From positions 30,461,967-30,525,966 of the forward strand of contig CM120640.1 of NCBI GenBank assembly GCA_051362555.1: a stretch of DNA of 64,000 nucleotides. Direction: 5' to 3'. The notes beneath the pieces were generated by a model. That model was not told the origin of the DNA. It saw nothing but the letters and a program-made list of their open reading frames with translations, and searched no databases. This DNA comes from Lingula anatina (lineage: Eukaryota; Animalia; Brachiopoda). Positions 39,601 through 55,400 of the stretch are shown piece by piece. Each line of letters begins with the position of its first letter. Position 1 is the first letter of the stretch. The position numbers and the translations under genes are program-made.

Positions 39601-42600
39601 TAATATTTCTGAAATTTGTACAAATTATGCTTAACAACAATAGAAATCTGTGATAAGCTGATCAGTTGTTTGTATAGAATGAAAAGTGTTTTAAATATAT
39701 TTGCGAAAACCAAAAATTACATTGAAAAGACTGGGAATTCGCAGGACTTGAAATAGTTAAACATTAATAATTTTGTCAAATCAATTCCAATATTTATGAA
39801 ATTTGTACAAATGATGCTTAACAACAATAAAAATCTGTGATATGCTGAGCAGTTGTCTGTGTGTAATAAAAAGTGTTTTTTGGGACAACAAATTTGGGAA
39901 AACTGAAAATTACATTGAAAAGACTGGTAAATCCCAGGCCTTAAAATAGTTAAACGTTAATAATTTTGTCAAATTTTGTCCTATATTTCTAAAATTTGTA
40001 CAAATGATGCTTAACAACAATAGAAATCTGTGATAAGCTGATCAGTTGTCTGTATAGAATGAAAAGTGTTTTTTAGGACAATGTATTTGCGAAAAACCAA
40101 AAATTACATTGAAAAGACTGGGAATTCGCAGGACTTGAAATAGTGAAACGTTAATAATTTTGTCAAATCTAGTCCAATATTTATGAAATTTGTACAAATG
40201 ATGCTTAACAACAATAAAAATCTGTGATAAGCTGATCAGTTGTCTGTGTCTAATGAAAAGTGTTTTTTGGGACAACATATTTGGGAAAACTGAAAATTAC
40301 ATTGAAAAGACTGGCAAAACCCAGACCTCAAAATAGTTAAACGTTAATAATTTTGTCAAATCTGGTGGAATATTTCTGAAATTTGTACAAATGATGCTTA
40401 ACAATAATAAAAATCTGTGATAAGCTGATCAGTTATCTGAGTCTTTTCTTTTAAGTGTCAAGTGTATGGGAAATTGATCATCAGAAGAGTGAGAATTAAC
40501 CAAAACAAATATTTCAATATTGCAATGTATTATTTACTCTGAAAGTAAACAGCAAATGTGATGATTTGAGGTTGTTTGTGTAAGAGGTTGCAAATTACCT
40601 ATAACTGTCATCTGGAAAACATTATATACCCATACAAGAGTTCTCCTTACTACCTCTGCAAGATGCAGATTAGTTCTTTCTGGAAGGGGTTGTTGTTATC
40701 ACAATACTCAACAAGGCCCTAAATCTTGCCAAATATCATGTATTGTACACATGGAGAAGACACAGTGCTGCTCTTGGTGGTATCTTTCACTAACTGCTTT
40801 TTAAGCTTTTTCATGGTGAGGGTACTCTGAAACAAGAACAATATAACTGAAAGGACTGAAAATTACATTTGAAAAGAATGACAAATTCGGTGACTTAATT
40901 AAAATAATTAAACGTTTATAATTTTGTCAAATCTGGTCCAATATTTCTGAAATTTGAACAAATGATGCTTAACAACAATAAAAATCAGTGATAAGCTGAT
41001 CAGTTGTCTGTGTGTAATGAAAAGTGTTTTTTGGGACAACAAATTTGGGAAAACTGAAAATTACATTGAAACGACTGGCAAATCCCAGGCCTTAAAATAG
41101 TTAAACGTTAATAATTTTGTCAAATTTTGTCCTATATTCCTGAAATTTGTACACATGATGCTTAACAAAAATAGAAATCTGTGATAAGTTGACCAGTTGT
41201 CTGTATTGAATGAAAAGTGTTTTTTAGGACAATATATTTGCAAAAACCAAAAATTACATTGAAAAGACTGGGAATTCGCAGGACTTGAAATAGTTAAACG
41301 TTAATAATTTTGTCAAATCTGGTTCAATATATCTGCAATTTGTACAAATGATGCTTGACAACAATAAAAATTAGTGATAAGCTGATCAGTTGTCTGTGAC
41401 TAATGAAAAATGTTTTTTTGGACAACATATTTGGGAAAACTGAAAATTACATTGAAAAGACTGGGAAAACCCAGACCTTAAAATAGTTAAACATTAATAA
41501 TTTTGTCAAATCTTGTGAAATATTTCTGAAATTTGTACAAATAATGCTTAACAACAATAAAAATCTGTGATAAGCTGATCAATTGTCTGTGTCTAATGAA
41601 AAGTGTTTTTTTGGACAACATATTTGGGAAAACTGAAAATTACATGAAAAAGACTGGGAATTTGCAGGACTTGAAATAGTTAAACATTAATAATTTTGTC
41701 TAATCTTATCCAATATTTCTGAAATTTGTGCAAATGATGCTTAACTATAATTAAAATCTGTGAGAAGCTGATCAGTTGTCTGTGTGTAATGAAAAGTGTT
41801 TTTTGGGACAATATATTTGCGAAAACCAAAAATTACATTGAAAAGACTGGGAATTCGCAGGACTTGAAATAGTTAAACATTAATAATTTTGTCAAATCTG
41901 GTTCAATATATCTGAAATTTGTACAAATGATGCTTAACAACAATAAAAATCAGTGATAAGCTGATCAGTTGTCTGTATTGAATGAAAAGAGTTTTTTTGG
42001 ACAACATATTTGGGAAAACTGAAAATTACATTGAAAAGACTGGGAAAACCCAGAGCTTGAAATAGTTAAACATTAATAATTTTGTCAAATCTTGTGGAAA
42101 ATTTCTGAAATTTGTACAAATAATGCTTAACAACAATAAAAATCTGTGATAAGCTGATCAGTTGTCTGTGTCTAATGAAAAGTGTTTTTTTGGACAACAT
42201 ATTTGGGAAAACTGAAAATTACATGAAAAAGACTGGGAATTTGCAGGACTTGAAATAGTTAAACGTTAATAATTTTGTCTAATCTAGTCCAATATTTCTG
42301 AAATTTGTACAAATGATGCTTAACTATAATTAAAATCTGTGATAAGCTGATCAGTTGTTTGTGTGTAATGAAAAGTGTTTTTTGGGACAACAAATTTGGG
42401 AAAACTGAAAATTACATTGAAAAGACTGGCAAATCCCAGGCCTTAAAATAGTTAAACGTTAATAATTTTGTCAAATTTTGTCCTATGTTTCTGAAATTTG
42501 TACAAATGATGCTTAACAACAATAGAAATCTGTGATAAGCTGATCAGTTGTCTGTATTGAATGAAAAGTGTTTTTTAGGACAATATATTTGGGAAAACCA

Positions 42601-43450
42601 AAAATTACATTGAAAAGACTGGGAATTCGCAGGACTTGAAATAGTTAAACGTTAATCATTTTGTCAAATATAGTCCAATATTTATGAAATTTGTACAAAT
42701 GATGCTTAACAACAATAAAAATCTGTGATAAGCTGATCAGTTGTCTGTGTCTAATGAAAAGTTTTTTTTTTGGGACAACATATTTGGGAAAACTGAAAAT
42801 TACATTGAAAAGACAAGCAAAACCCAGACCTTAAAATAGTTAAACATTAATAATTTTGTCAAATCTTGTGGAATATTTCTGAAATTTGTACAAATGATGC
42901 TTAACAGGAATAAAAATCTGTGATAAGCTGATCAGTTGTCAGTTTCTTATGAAAAGTTTTTTAGGACAATATATTTGCGAAAAACCAAAAATTACATTGA
43001 AAATACTGGCAAATCCCAGGCCTCAAAATAGTTAAATGTTAATAATTTTGTCAAATCTAGTCCAATATTTCTGAAATTTGTACAAATAATGCTTAACAAC
43101 AATAAAAGTCTGTGATAAGCTGATCAGCTGTCTGTGTGTAATGAAAAGTGTTTTTTGGGACAACATATTTGGGAAAACTGAATATTACATTGAAAAGACT
43201 GGGAATTCGCAGGACTTGAAATAGTTAAACGTTAATAATTTTGTCAAATCTGGTCCAATATTTCTGAAATTTGAACAAATGATGCTTAACAACAATAAAA
43301 ATCTGTGATATGCTAATCAGTTGTCTGTGTGTAATAAAAAGTGTTTTTTGGGACAACAAATTTGGGAAAACTGAAAATTACATTGAAAAGACTGGTAAAT
43401 CCCAGGCCTTAAAATAGTTAAACGTTAATAATTTTGTCAAATTTTGTCCT
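33350..43450. repeat. ~10-kb block duplicated at ~52960-63060 (offset 19,610 bp)
   Basis: ORF-track pairs 35891/55501, 39239/58849, 40042/59652 and 41061/60671 all differ by 19,610. Insert positions and rare variants agree. Confidence 0.85.
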
Positions 43451-46400
43451 ATATTTCTGAAATTTGTACAAATGATGCTTAACAAAAATAGAAATCTGTG
43501 ATAAGCTGATCAAATGTCTGTATTGAATGAAAAGTGTTTTTTGGGACAACAAATTTGGGAAAACTGAAAATTACATTGAAAAGACTGGTAAATCCCAGGC
43601 CTTAAAATAGTTAAACGTTAATAATTTTGTCAAATTTTGTCCTATATTTCTGAAATTTGTACAAATGATGCTTAACAAAAAAAGAAATCTGAGGAAAGCT
43701 GATCAGTTGTTTGTATTGAATGAAAAGTGTTTTTTAGGACAATATATTTGTGAAAACCAAAAATTACATTGAAAAGACTGGCAAAACCCAGACCTCAAAT
43801 AGTTAAACGTTAATAATTTTGTCAAATCTGGTGGAATATTTCTGAAATTTGTACAAATGATGCTTAACAATAATAAAAATCTGTGATAAGCTGATCAGTT
43901 ATCTGAGTCTTTTCTTTTAAGTGTCAAGTGTATGGGAAATTGATCATCAGAAGAGTGAGAATTAACCAAAACAAATATTTCAATATTGCAATGTATTATT
44001 TACTCTGAAAGTAAACAGCAAATGTGATGATTTGAGGTTGTTTGTGTAAGAGGTTGCAAATTACCTATAACTGTCATCTGGAAAACAATATATACCCATA
44101 CAAGAGTTCTCCTTACTACCTCTGCAAGATGCAGATTAGTCCTTTCTGGAAGGGGTTGTTGTTATCACAATACTCAACAAGGCCCTAAATCTTGCCAAAT
44201 ATCATGTATTGTACACATGGAGAAGACACAGTGCTACTCTTTGTGGTATCTTTCACTAACTGCTTTTTAAGCTTTTTCATGGTGAGGGTACTCTGAAACA
44301 AGAACAATATAACTGAAAGGACTGAAAATTACATTTGAAAAGAAAGACAAATTTGGTGACTTAATTAAAATAATTAAACGTTAATAATTTTGTCAAATCT
44401 GGTCCAATATTTCTGAAATTTGAACAAATGATGCTTAACAACTATAAAAATCAGTGATAAGCTGATCAGTTGTCTGTGTCTAATGAAAAGTGTTTTTTTG
44501 GACGACATATTTGGGAAAACTGAAAATTACATTGAAAAGACTGGCAAAACCCAGACCTTAAAATAGTTAAACATTAATAATTTTGTCAAATCTTGTGGAA
44601 TATTCCTGAAATTTGTACAAATGATGCTTAACAATAATAAAAATCTGTGATAAGCTGATCAGTTGTCTGTTTCTAATGAAAAGTTTTTTTTTAGGACAAT
44701 ATATTTGCAAAAACCAAAAATTACATTGAAAATACTGGGAATTCGCAGGACTTGAAATAGTTAAACGTTAATAATTTTGTCAAATCTTGTCTTATATTTC
44801 TGAAATTTGTACAAATGATGCTTAACAACAATAGAAATCTGTGATAAGCTGATCAAATGTCTGTATTGAATGAAAAGTGTTTTTTGGGACAACAAATTTG
44901 GGAAAACTGAAAATTACATTGAAACGACTGGCAAATCCCAGGCCTTAAAATAGTTAAACGTTAATAATTTTGTCAAATTTTGTCCTATATTCCTGAAATT
45001 TGTACACATGATGCTTAACAAAAATAGAAATCTGTGATAAGTTGACCAGTTGTCTGTATTGAATGAAAAGTGTTTTTTAGGACAATATATTTGCGAAAAC
45101 CAAAAATTACATTGAAAAGACTGGGAATTCGCAGGACTTGAAATAGTTAAACGTTAATAATTTTGTCAAATCTGGTTCAATATATCTGCAATTTGTACAA
45201 ATGATGCTTGACAACAATAAAAATTAGTGATAAGCTGATCAGTTGTCTGTGACTAATGAAAAATGTTTTTTTGGACAACATATTTGGGAAAACTGAAAAT
45301 TACATTGAAAAGACTGGGAAAACCCAGACCTTAAAATAGTTAAACATTAATAATTTTGTCAAATCTTGTGAAATATTTCTGAAATTTGTACAAATAATGC
45401 TTAACAACAATAAAAATCTGTGATAAGCTGATCAATTGTCTGTGTCTAATGAAAAGTGTTTTTTTGGACAACATATTTGGGAAAACTGAAAATTACATGA
45501 AAAAGACTGGGAATTTGCAGGACTTGAAATAGTTAAACATTAATAATTTTGTCTAATCTAGTCCAATATTTCTGAAATTTGTGCAAATGATGCTTAACTA
45601 TAATTAAAATCTGTGAGAAGCTGATCAGTTGTCTGTGTGTAATGAAAAGTGTTTTTTGGGACAATATATTTGCGAAAACCAAAAATTACATTGAAAAGAC
45701 TGGGAATTCGCAGGACTTGAAATAGTTAAACGTTAATAATTTTGTCAAATCTGGTTTAATATATCTGAAATTTGTACAAATGATGCTTAACAACAATAAA
45801 AATCAGTGATAAGCTGATCAGTTGTCTGTATTGAATGAAAAGAGTTTTTTTGGACAACATATTTGGGAAAACTGAAAATTACATTGAAAAGACTGGGAAA
45901 ACCCAGAGCTTAAAAGAGTTAAACATTAATAATTTTGTCAAATCTTGTGGAAAATTTCTGAAATTTGTACAAATAATGCTTAACAACAATAAAAATCTGT
46001 GATAAGCTGATCAGTTGTCTGTGTCTAATGAAAAGTGTTTTTTTGGACAACATATTTGGGAAAACTGAAAATTACATGAAAAAGACTGGGAATTTGCAGG
46101 ACTTGAAATAGTTAAACGTTAATAATTTTGTCTAATCTAGTCCAATATTTCTGAAATTTGTACAAATGATGCTTAACTATAATTAAAATCTGTGATAAGC
46201 TGATCAGTTGTTTGTGTGTAATGAAAAGTGTTTTTTGGGACAACAAATTTGGGAAAACTGAAAATTACATTGAAAAGACTGGCAAATCCCAGGCCTTAAA
46301 ATAGTTAAACGTTAATAATTTTGTCAAATTTTGTCCTATGTTTCTGAAATTTGTACAAATGATGCTTAACAACAATAGAAATCTGTGATAAGCTGATCAG

Positions 46401-49400
46401 TTGTCTGTATTGAATGAAAAGTGTTTTTTAGGACAATATATTTGGGAAAACCAAAAATTACATTGAAAAGACTGGGAATTCGCAGGACTTGAAATAGTTA
46501 AACGTTAATCATTTTGTCAAATCTAGTCCAATATTTATGAAATTTGTACAAATGATGCTTAACAACAATAAAAATCTGTGATAAGCTGATCAGTTGTCTG
46601 TGTCTAATGAAAAGTTTTTTTTTTGGGACAACATATTTGGGAAAACTGAAAATTACATTGAAAAGACAAGCAAAACCCAGACCTTAAAATAGTTAAACAT
46701 TAATAATTTTGTCAAATCTTGTGGAATATTTCTGAAATTTGTACAAATGATGCTTAACAGGAATAAAAATCTGTGATAAGCTGATCAGTTGTCAGTTTCT
46801 TATGAAAAGTTTTTTAGGACAATATATTTGCGAAAAACCAAAAATTACATTGAAAAGACTGGCAAATCCCAGGCCTCAAAATAGTTAAATGTTAATAATT
46901 TTGTCAAATCTAGTCCAATATTTCTGAAATTTGTACAAATAATGCTTAACAACAATAAAAGTCTGTGATAAGCTGATCAGCTGTCTGTGTGTAATGAAAA
47001 GTGTTTTTTGGGACAACATATTTGGGAAAACTGAAAATTACATTGAAAAGACTGGCAAAACCCAGACCTTAAAATAGTTAAACATTAATAATTTTGTCAA
47101 ATCTTGTGGAATATTTCTGAAATTTGTACAAATAAAGCTTAACAACAATAAAAGTGTGTGATAAGCTGATCAGCTGTCTGTGTGTAATGAAAAGTGTTTT
47201 TTGGGACAACATATTTGGGAAAACTGAATATTACATTGAAAAGACTGGGAATTCGCAGGACTTGAAATAGTTAAACGTTAATAATTTTGTCAAATCTTGT
47301 CCTATATTTCTGAAATTTGTACAAATGATGCTTAACAACAATAGAAATCTGTGATAAGCTGATCAGTTGTCTGTATTGAATGAAAAGTGTTTTTTAGGAC
47401 AATATATTTGCGAAAACCAAAAATTACATTGAAAATACTGGGAATTCGCAGGACTTGAAATAGTTAAACGTTAATAATTTTGTCAAATCTGGTCCAATAT
47501 TTCTGAAATTTGTACAAATGATGCTTAACAACAATAAAAATCTGTGATATGCTAAGCAGTTGTCTCTGTGAATGAAAAGTGTTTTTTGGGACAACAAATT
47601 TGGGAAAACTGAAAATTACATTGAAAAGACTGGTAAATCCCAGGCCTTAAATAGTTAAACGTTAATAATTTTGTCAAATTTTGTCCTATATTTCTGAAAT
47701 TTGTACAAATGATGCTTAACAAAAATAGAAATCTGTGATAAGCTGATCAAATGTCTGTATTGAATGAAAAGTGTTTTTTGGGACAACAAATTTGGGAAAA
47801 CTGAAAATTACATTGAAAAGACTGGTAAATCCCAGGCCTTAAAATAGTTAAACGTTAATAATTTTGTCAAATTTTGTCCTATATTTCTGAAATTTGTACA
47901 AATGATGCTTAACAAAAAAAGAAATCTGAGAAAAGCTGATCAGTTGTTTGTATTGAATGAAAAGTGTTTTTTAGGACAATATATTTGTGAAAACCAAAAA
48001 TTACATTGAAAAGACTGGCAAAACCCAGACCTCAAATAGTTAAACGTTAATAATTTTGTCAAATCTGGTGGAATATTTCTGAAATTTGTACAAATGATGC
48101 TTAACAATAATAAAAATCTGTGATAAGCTGATCAGTTATCTGAGTCTTTTCTTTTAAGTGTCAAGTGTATGGGAAATTGATCATCAGAAGAGTGAGAATT
48201 AACCAAAACAAATATTTCAATATTGCAATGTATTATTTACTCTGAAAGTAAACAGCAAATGTGATGATTTGAGGTTGTTTGTGTAAGAGGTTGCAAATTA
48301 CCTATAACTGTCATCTGGAAAACAATATATACCCATACAAGAGTTCTCCTTACTACCTCTGCAAGATGCAGATTAGTCCTTTCTGGAAGGGGTTGTTGTT
48401 ATCACAATACTCAACAAGGCCCTAAATCTTGCCAAATATCATGTATTGTACACATGGAGAAGACACAGTGCTACTCTTTGTGGTATCTTTCACTAACTGC
48501 TTTTTAAGCTTTTTCATGGTGAGGGTACTCTGAAACAAGAACAATATAACTGAAAGGACTGAAAATTACATTTGAAAAGAAAGACAAATTTGGTGACTTA
48601 ATTAAAATAATTAAACGTTAATAATTTTGTCAAATCTGGTCCAATATTTCTGAAATTTGAACAAATGATGCTTAACAACTATAAAAATCAGTGATAAGCT
48701 GATCAGTTGTCTGTGTCTAATGAAAAGTGTTTTTTTGGACGACATATTTGGGAAAACTGAAAATTACATTGAAAAGACTGGCAAAACCCAGACCTTAAAA
48801 TAGTTAAACATTAATAATTTTGTCAAATCTTGTGGAATATTCCTGAAATTTGTACAAATGATGCTTAACAATAATAAAAATCTGTGATAAGCTGATCAGT
48901 TGTCAGTTTCTTATGAAAAGTTTTTTAGGACAATATATTTGCGAAAAACCAAAAATTACATTGAAAAGACTGGCAAATCCCAGGCCTCAAAATAGTTAAA
49001 TGTTAATAATTTTGTCAAATCTAGTCCAATATTTCTGAAATTTGTACAAATAATGCTTAACAACAATAAAAGTCTGTGATAAGCTGATCAGCTGTCTGTG
49101 TGTAATGAAAAGTGTTTTTTGGGACAACATATTTGGGAAAACTGAAAATTACATTGAAAAGACTGGCAAAACCCAGACCTTAAAATAGTTAAACATTAAT
49201 AATTTTGTCAAATCTTGTGGAATATTTCTGAAATTTGTACAAATAAAGCTTAACAACAATAAAAGTGTGTGATAAGCTGATCAGCTGTCTGTGTGTAATG
49301 AAAAGTGTTTTTTGGGACAACATATTTGGGAAAACTGAATATTACATTGAAAAGACTGGGAATTCGCAGGACTTGAAATAGTTAAACGTTAATAATTTTG

Positions 49401-52400
49401 TCAAATCTTGTCCTATATTTCTGAAATTTGTACAAATGATGCTTAACAACAATAGAAATCTGTGATAAGCTGATCAGTTGTCTGTATTGAATGAAAAGTG
49501 TTTTTTAGGACAATATATTTGCGAAAACCAAAAATTACATTGAAAATACTGGGAATTCGCAGGACTTGAAATAGTTAAACGTTAATAATTTTGTCAAATC
49601 TGGTCCAATATTTCTGAAATTTGTACAAATGATGCTTAACAACAATAAAAATCTGTGATATGCTAAGCAGTTGTCTGTGTGTAATGAAAAGTGTTTTTTG
49701 GGACAACAAATTTGGGAAAACTGAAAATTACATTGAAAAGACTGGTAAATCCCAGGCCTTAAAATAATTAAACGTTAATAATTTTGTCAAATTTTGTCCT
49801 ATATTTCTGAAATTTGTACAAATGATGCTTAACAAAAATAGAAATCTGTGATAAGCTGATCAAATGTCTGTATTGAATGAAAAGTGTTTTTTGGGACAAC
49901 AAATTTGGGAAAACTGAAAATTACATTGAAAAGACTGGTAAATCCCAGGCCTTAAAATAGTTAAACGTTAATAATTTTGTCAAATTTTGTCCTATATTTC
50001 TGAAATTTGTACAAATGATGCTTAACAAAAAAAGAAATCTGAGGAAAGCTGATCAGTTGTTTGTATTGAATGAAAAGTGTTTTTTAGGACAATATATTTG
50101 TGAAAACCAAAAATTACATTGAAAAGACTGGCAAAACCCAGACCTCAAATAGTTAAACGTTAATAATTTTGTCAAATCTGGTGGAATATTTCTGAAATTT
50201 GTACAAATGATGCTTAACAATAATAAAAATCTGTGATAAGCTGATCAGTTATCTGAGTCTTTTCTTTTAAGTGTCAAGTGTATGGGAAATTGATCATCAG
50301 AAGAGTGAGAATTAACCAAAACAAATATTTCAATATTGCAATGTATTATTTACTCTGAAAGTAAACAGCAAATGTGATGATTTGAGGTTGTTTGTGTAAG
50401 AGGTTGCAAATTACCTATAACTGTCATCTGGAAAACAATATATACCCATACAAGAGTTCTCCTTACTACCTCTGCAAGATGCAGATTAGTCCTTTCTGGA
50501 AGGGGTTGTTGTTATCACAATACTCAACAAGGCCCTAAATCTTGCCAAATATCATGTATTGTACACATGGAGAAGACACAGTGCTACTCTTTGTGGTATC
50601 TTTCACTAACTGCTTTTTAAGCTTTTTCATGGTGAGGGTACTCTGAAACAAGAACAATATAACTGAAAGGACTGAAAATTACATTTGAAAAGAAAGACAA
50701 ATTTGGTGACTTAATTAAAATAATTAAACGTTAATAATTTTGTCAAATCTGGTCCAATATTTCTGAAATTTGTACAAATAATGCTTAACAACAATAAAAG
50801 TCTGTGATAAGCTGATCAGCTGTCTGTGTGTAATGAAAAGTGTTTTTTGGGACAACATATTTGGGAAAACTGAAAATTACATTGAAAAGACTGGCAAAAC
50901 CCAGACCTTAAAATAGTTAAACATTAATAATTTTGTCAAATCTTGTGGAATATTTCTGAAATTTGTACAAATAAAGCTTAACAACAATAAAAGTGTGTGA
51001 TAAGCTGATCAGCTGTCTGTGTGTAATGAAAAGTGTTTTTTGGGACAACATATTTGGGAAAACTGAATATTACATTGAAAAGACTGGGAATTCGCAGGAC
51101 TTGAAATAGTTAAACGTTAATAATTTTGTCAAATCTTGTCCTATATTTCTGAAATTTGTACAAATGATGCTTAACAACAATAGAAATCTGTGATAAGCTG
51201 ATCAGTTGTCTGTATTGAATGAAAAGTGTTTTTTAGGACAATATATTTGCGAAAACCAAAAATTACATTGAAAATACTGGGAATTCGCAGGACTTGAAAT
51301 AGTTAAACGTTAATAATTTTGTCAAATCTGGTCCAATATTTCTGAAATTTGTACAAATGATGCTTAACAACAATAAAAATCTGTGATATGCTAAGCAGTT
51401 GTCTGTGTGTAATGAAAAGTGTTTTTTGGGACAACAAATTTGGGAAAACTGAAAATTACATTGAAAAGACTGGTAAATCCCAGGCCTTAAAATAATTAAA
51501 CGTTAATAATTTTGTCAAATTTTGTCCTATATTTCTGAAATTTGTACAAATGATGCTTAACAAAAATAGAAATCTGTGATAAGCTGATCAAATGTCTGTA
51601 TTGAATGAAAAGTGTTTTTTGGGACAACAAATTTGGGAAAACTGAAAATTACATTGAAAAGACTGGTAAATCCCAGGCCTTAAAATAGTTAAACGTTAAT
51701 AATTTTGTCAAATTTTGTCCTATATTTCTGAAATTTGTACAAATGATGCTTAACAAAAAAAGAAATCTGAGGAAAGCTGATCAGTTGTTTGTATTGAATG
51801 AAAAGTGTTTTTTAGGACAATATATTTGTGAAAACCAAAAATTACATTGAAAAGACTGGCAAAACCCAGACCTCAAATAGTTAAACGTTAATAATTTTGT
51901 CAAATCTGGTGGAATATTTCTGAAATTTGTACAAATGATGCTTAACAATAATAAAAATCTGTGATAAGCTGATCAGTTATCTGAGTCTTTTCTTTTAAGT
52001 GTCAAGTGTATGGGAAATTGATCATCAGAAGAGTGAGAATTAACCAAAACAAATATTTCAATATTGCAATGTATTATTTACTCTGAAAGTAAACAGCAAA
52101 TGTGATGATTTGAGGTTGTTTGTGTAAGAGGTTGCAAATTACCTATAACTGTCATCTGGAAAACAATATATACCCATACAAGAGTTCTCCTTACTACCTC
52201 TGCAAGATGCAGATTAGTCCTTTCTGGAAGGGGTTGTTGTTATCACAATACTCAACAAGGCCCTAAATCTTGCCAAATATCATGTATTGTACACATGGAG
52301 AAGACACAGTGCTACTCTTTGTGGTATCTTTCACTAACTGCTTTTTAAGCTTTTTCATGGTGAGGGTACTCTGAAACAAGAACAATATAACTGAAAGGAC

Positions 52401-55400
52401 TGAAAATTACATTTGAAAAGAAAGACAAATTTGGTGACTTAATTAAAATAATTAAACGTTAATAATTTTGTCAAATCTGGTCCAATATTTCTGAAATTTG
52501 AACAAATGATGCTTAACAACTATAAAAATCAGTGATAAGCTGATCAGTTGTCTGTGTCTAATGAAAAGTGTTTTTTTGGACGACATATTTGGGAAAACTG
52601 AAAATTACATTGAAAAGACTGGCAAAACCCAGACCTTAAAATAGTTAAACATTAATAATTTTGTCAAATCTTGTGGAATATTCCTGAAATTTGTACAAAT
52701 GATGCTTAACAATAATAAAAATCTGTGATAAGCTGATCAGTTGTCTGTTTCTAATGAAAAGTTTTTTTTAGGACAATATATTTGCAAAAACCAAAAATTA
52801 CATTGAAAATACTGGGAATTCGCAGGACTTGAAATAGTTAAACGTTAATAATTTTGTCAAATCTTGTCTTATATTTCTGAAATTTGTACAAATGATGCTT
52901 AACAACAATAGAAATCTGTGATAAGCTGATCAAATGTCTGTATTGAATGAAAAGTGTTTTTTGGGACAACAAATTTGGGAAAACTGAAAATTACATTGAA
53001 ACGACTGGCAAATCCCAGGCCTTAAAATAGTTAAACGTTAATAATTTTGTCAAATTTTGTCCTATATTCCTGAAATTTGTACACATGATGCTTAACAAAA
53101 ATAGAAATCTGTGATAAGTTGACCAGTTGTCTGTATTGAATGAAAAGTGTTTTTTAGGACAATATATTTGCGAAAACCAAAAATTACATTGAAAAGACTG
53201 GGAATTCGCAGGACTTGAAATAGTTAAACGTTAATAATTTTGTCAAATCTGGTTCAATATATCTGCAATTTGTACAAATGATGCTTGACAACAATAAAAA
53301 TTAGTGATAAGCTGATCAGTTGTCTGTGACTAATGAAAAATGTTTTTTTGGACAACATATTTGGGAAAACTGAAAATTACATTGAAAAGACTGGGAAAAC
53401 CCAGACCTTAAAATAGTTAAACATTAATAATTTTGTCAAATCTTGTGAAATATTTCTGAAATTTGTACAAATAATGCTTAACAACAATAAAAATCTGTGA
53501 TAAGCTGATCAATTGTCTGTGTCTAATGAAAAGTGTTTTTTTGGACAACATATTTGGGAAAACTGAAAATTACATGAAAAAGACTGGGAATTTGCAGGAC
53601 TTGAAATAGTTAAACATTAATAATTTTGTCTAATCTAGTCCAATATTTCTGAAATTTGTGCAAATGATGCTTAACTATAATTAAAATCTGTGAGAAGCTG
53701 ATCAGTTGTCTGTGTGTAATGAAAAGTGTTTTTTGGGACAATATATTTGCGAAAACCAAAAATTACATTGAAAAGACTGGGAATTCGCAGGACTTGAAAT
53801 AGTTAAACGTTAATAATTTTGTCAAATCTGGTTTAATATATCTGAAATTTGTACAAATGATGCTTAACAACAATAAAAATCAGTGATAAGCTGATCAGTT
53901 GTCTGTATTGAATGAAAAGAGTTTTTTTGGACAACATATTTGGGAAAACTGAAAATTACATTGAAAAGACTGGGAAAACCCAGAGCTTAAAAGAGTTAAA
54001 CATTAATAATTTTGTCAAATCTTGTGGAAAATTTCTGAAATTTGTACAAATAATGCTTAACAACAATAAAAATCTGTGATAAGCTGATCAGTTGTCTGTG
54101 TCTAATGAAAAGTGTTTTTTTGGACAACATATTTGGGAAAACTGAAAATTACATGAAAAAGACTGGGAATTTGCAGGACTTGAAATAGTTAAACGTTAAT
54201 AATTTTGTCTAATCTAGTCCAATATTTCTGAAATTTGTACAAATGATGCTTAACTATAATTAAAATCTGTGATAAGCTGATCAGTTGTTTGTGTGTAATG
54301 AAAAGTGTTTTTTGGGACAACAAATTTGGGAAAACTGAAAATTACATTGAAAAGACTGGCAAATCCCAGGCCTTAAAATAGTTAAACGTTAATAATTTTG
54401 TCAAATTTTGTCCTATGTTTCTGAAATTTGTACAAATGATGCTTAACAACAATAGAAATCTGTGATAAGCTGATCAGTTGTCTGTATTGAATGAAAAGTG
54501 TTTTTTAGGACAATATATTTGGGAAAACCAAAAATTACATTGAAAAGACTGGGAATTCGCAGGACTTGAAATAGTTAAACGTTAATCATTTTGTCAAATC
54601 TAGTCCAATATTTATGAAATTTGTACAAATGATGCTTAACAACAATAAAAATCTGTGATAAGCTGATCAGTTGTCTGTGTCTAATGAAAAGTTTTTTTTT
54701 TGGGACAACATATTTGGGAAAACTGAAAATTACATTGAAAAGACAAGCAAAACCCAGACCTTAAAATAGTTAAACATTAATAATTTTGTCAAATCTTGTG
54801 GAATATTTCTGAAATTTGTACAAATGATGCTTAACAGGAATAAAAATCTGTGATAAGCTGATCAGTTGTCAGTTTCTTATGAAAAGTTTTTTAGGACAAT
54901 ATATTTGCGAAAAACCAAAAATTACATTGAAAAGACTGGCAAATCCCAGGCCTCAAAATAGTTAAATGTTAATAATTTTGTCAAATCTAGTCCAATATTT
55001 CTGAAATTTGTACAAATAATGCTTAACAACAATAAAAGTCTGTGATAAGCTGATCAGCTGTCTGTGTGTAATGAAAAGTGTTTTTTGGGACAACATATTT
55101 GGGAAAACTGAAAATTACATTGAAAAGACTGGCAAAACCCAGACCTTAAAATAGTTAAACATTAATAATTTTGTCAAATCTTGTGGAATATTTCTGAAAT
55201 TTGTACAAATAAAGCTTAACAACAATAAAAGTGTGTGATAAGCTGATCAGCTGTCTGTGTGTAATGAAAAGTGTTTTTTGGGACAACATATTTGGGAAAA
55301 CTGAATATTACATTGAAAAGACTGGGAATTCGCAGGACTTGAAATAGTTAAACGTTAATAATTTTGTCAAATCTTGTCCTATATTTCTGAAATTTGTACA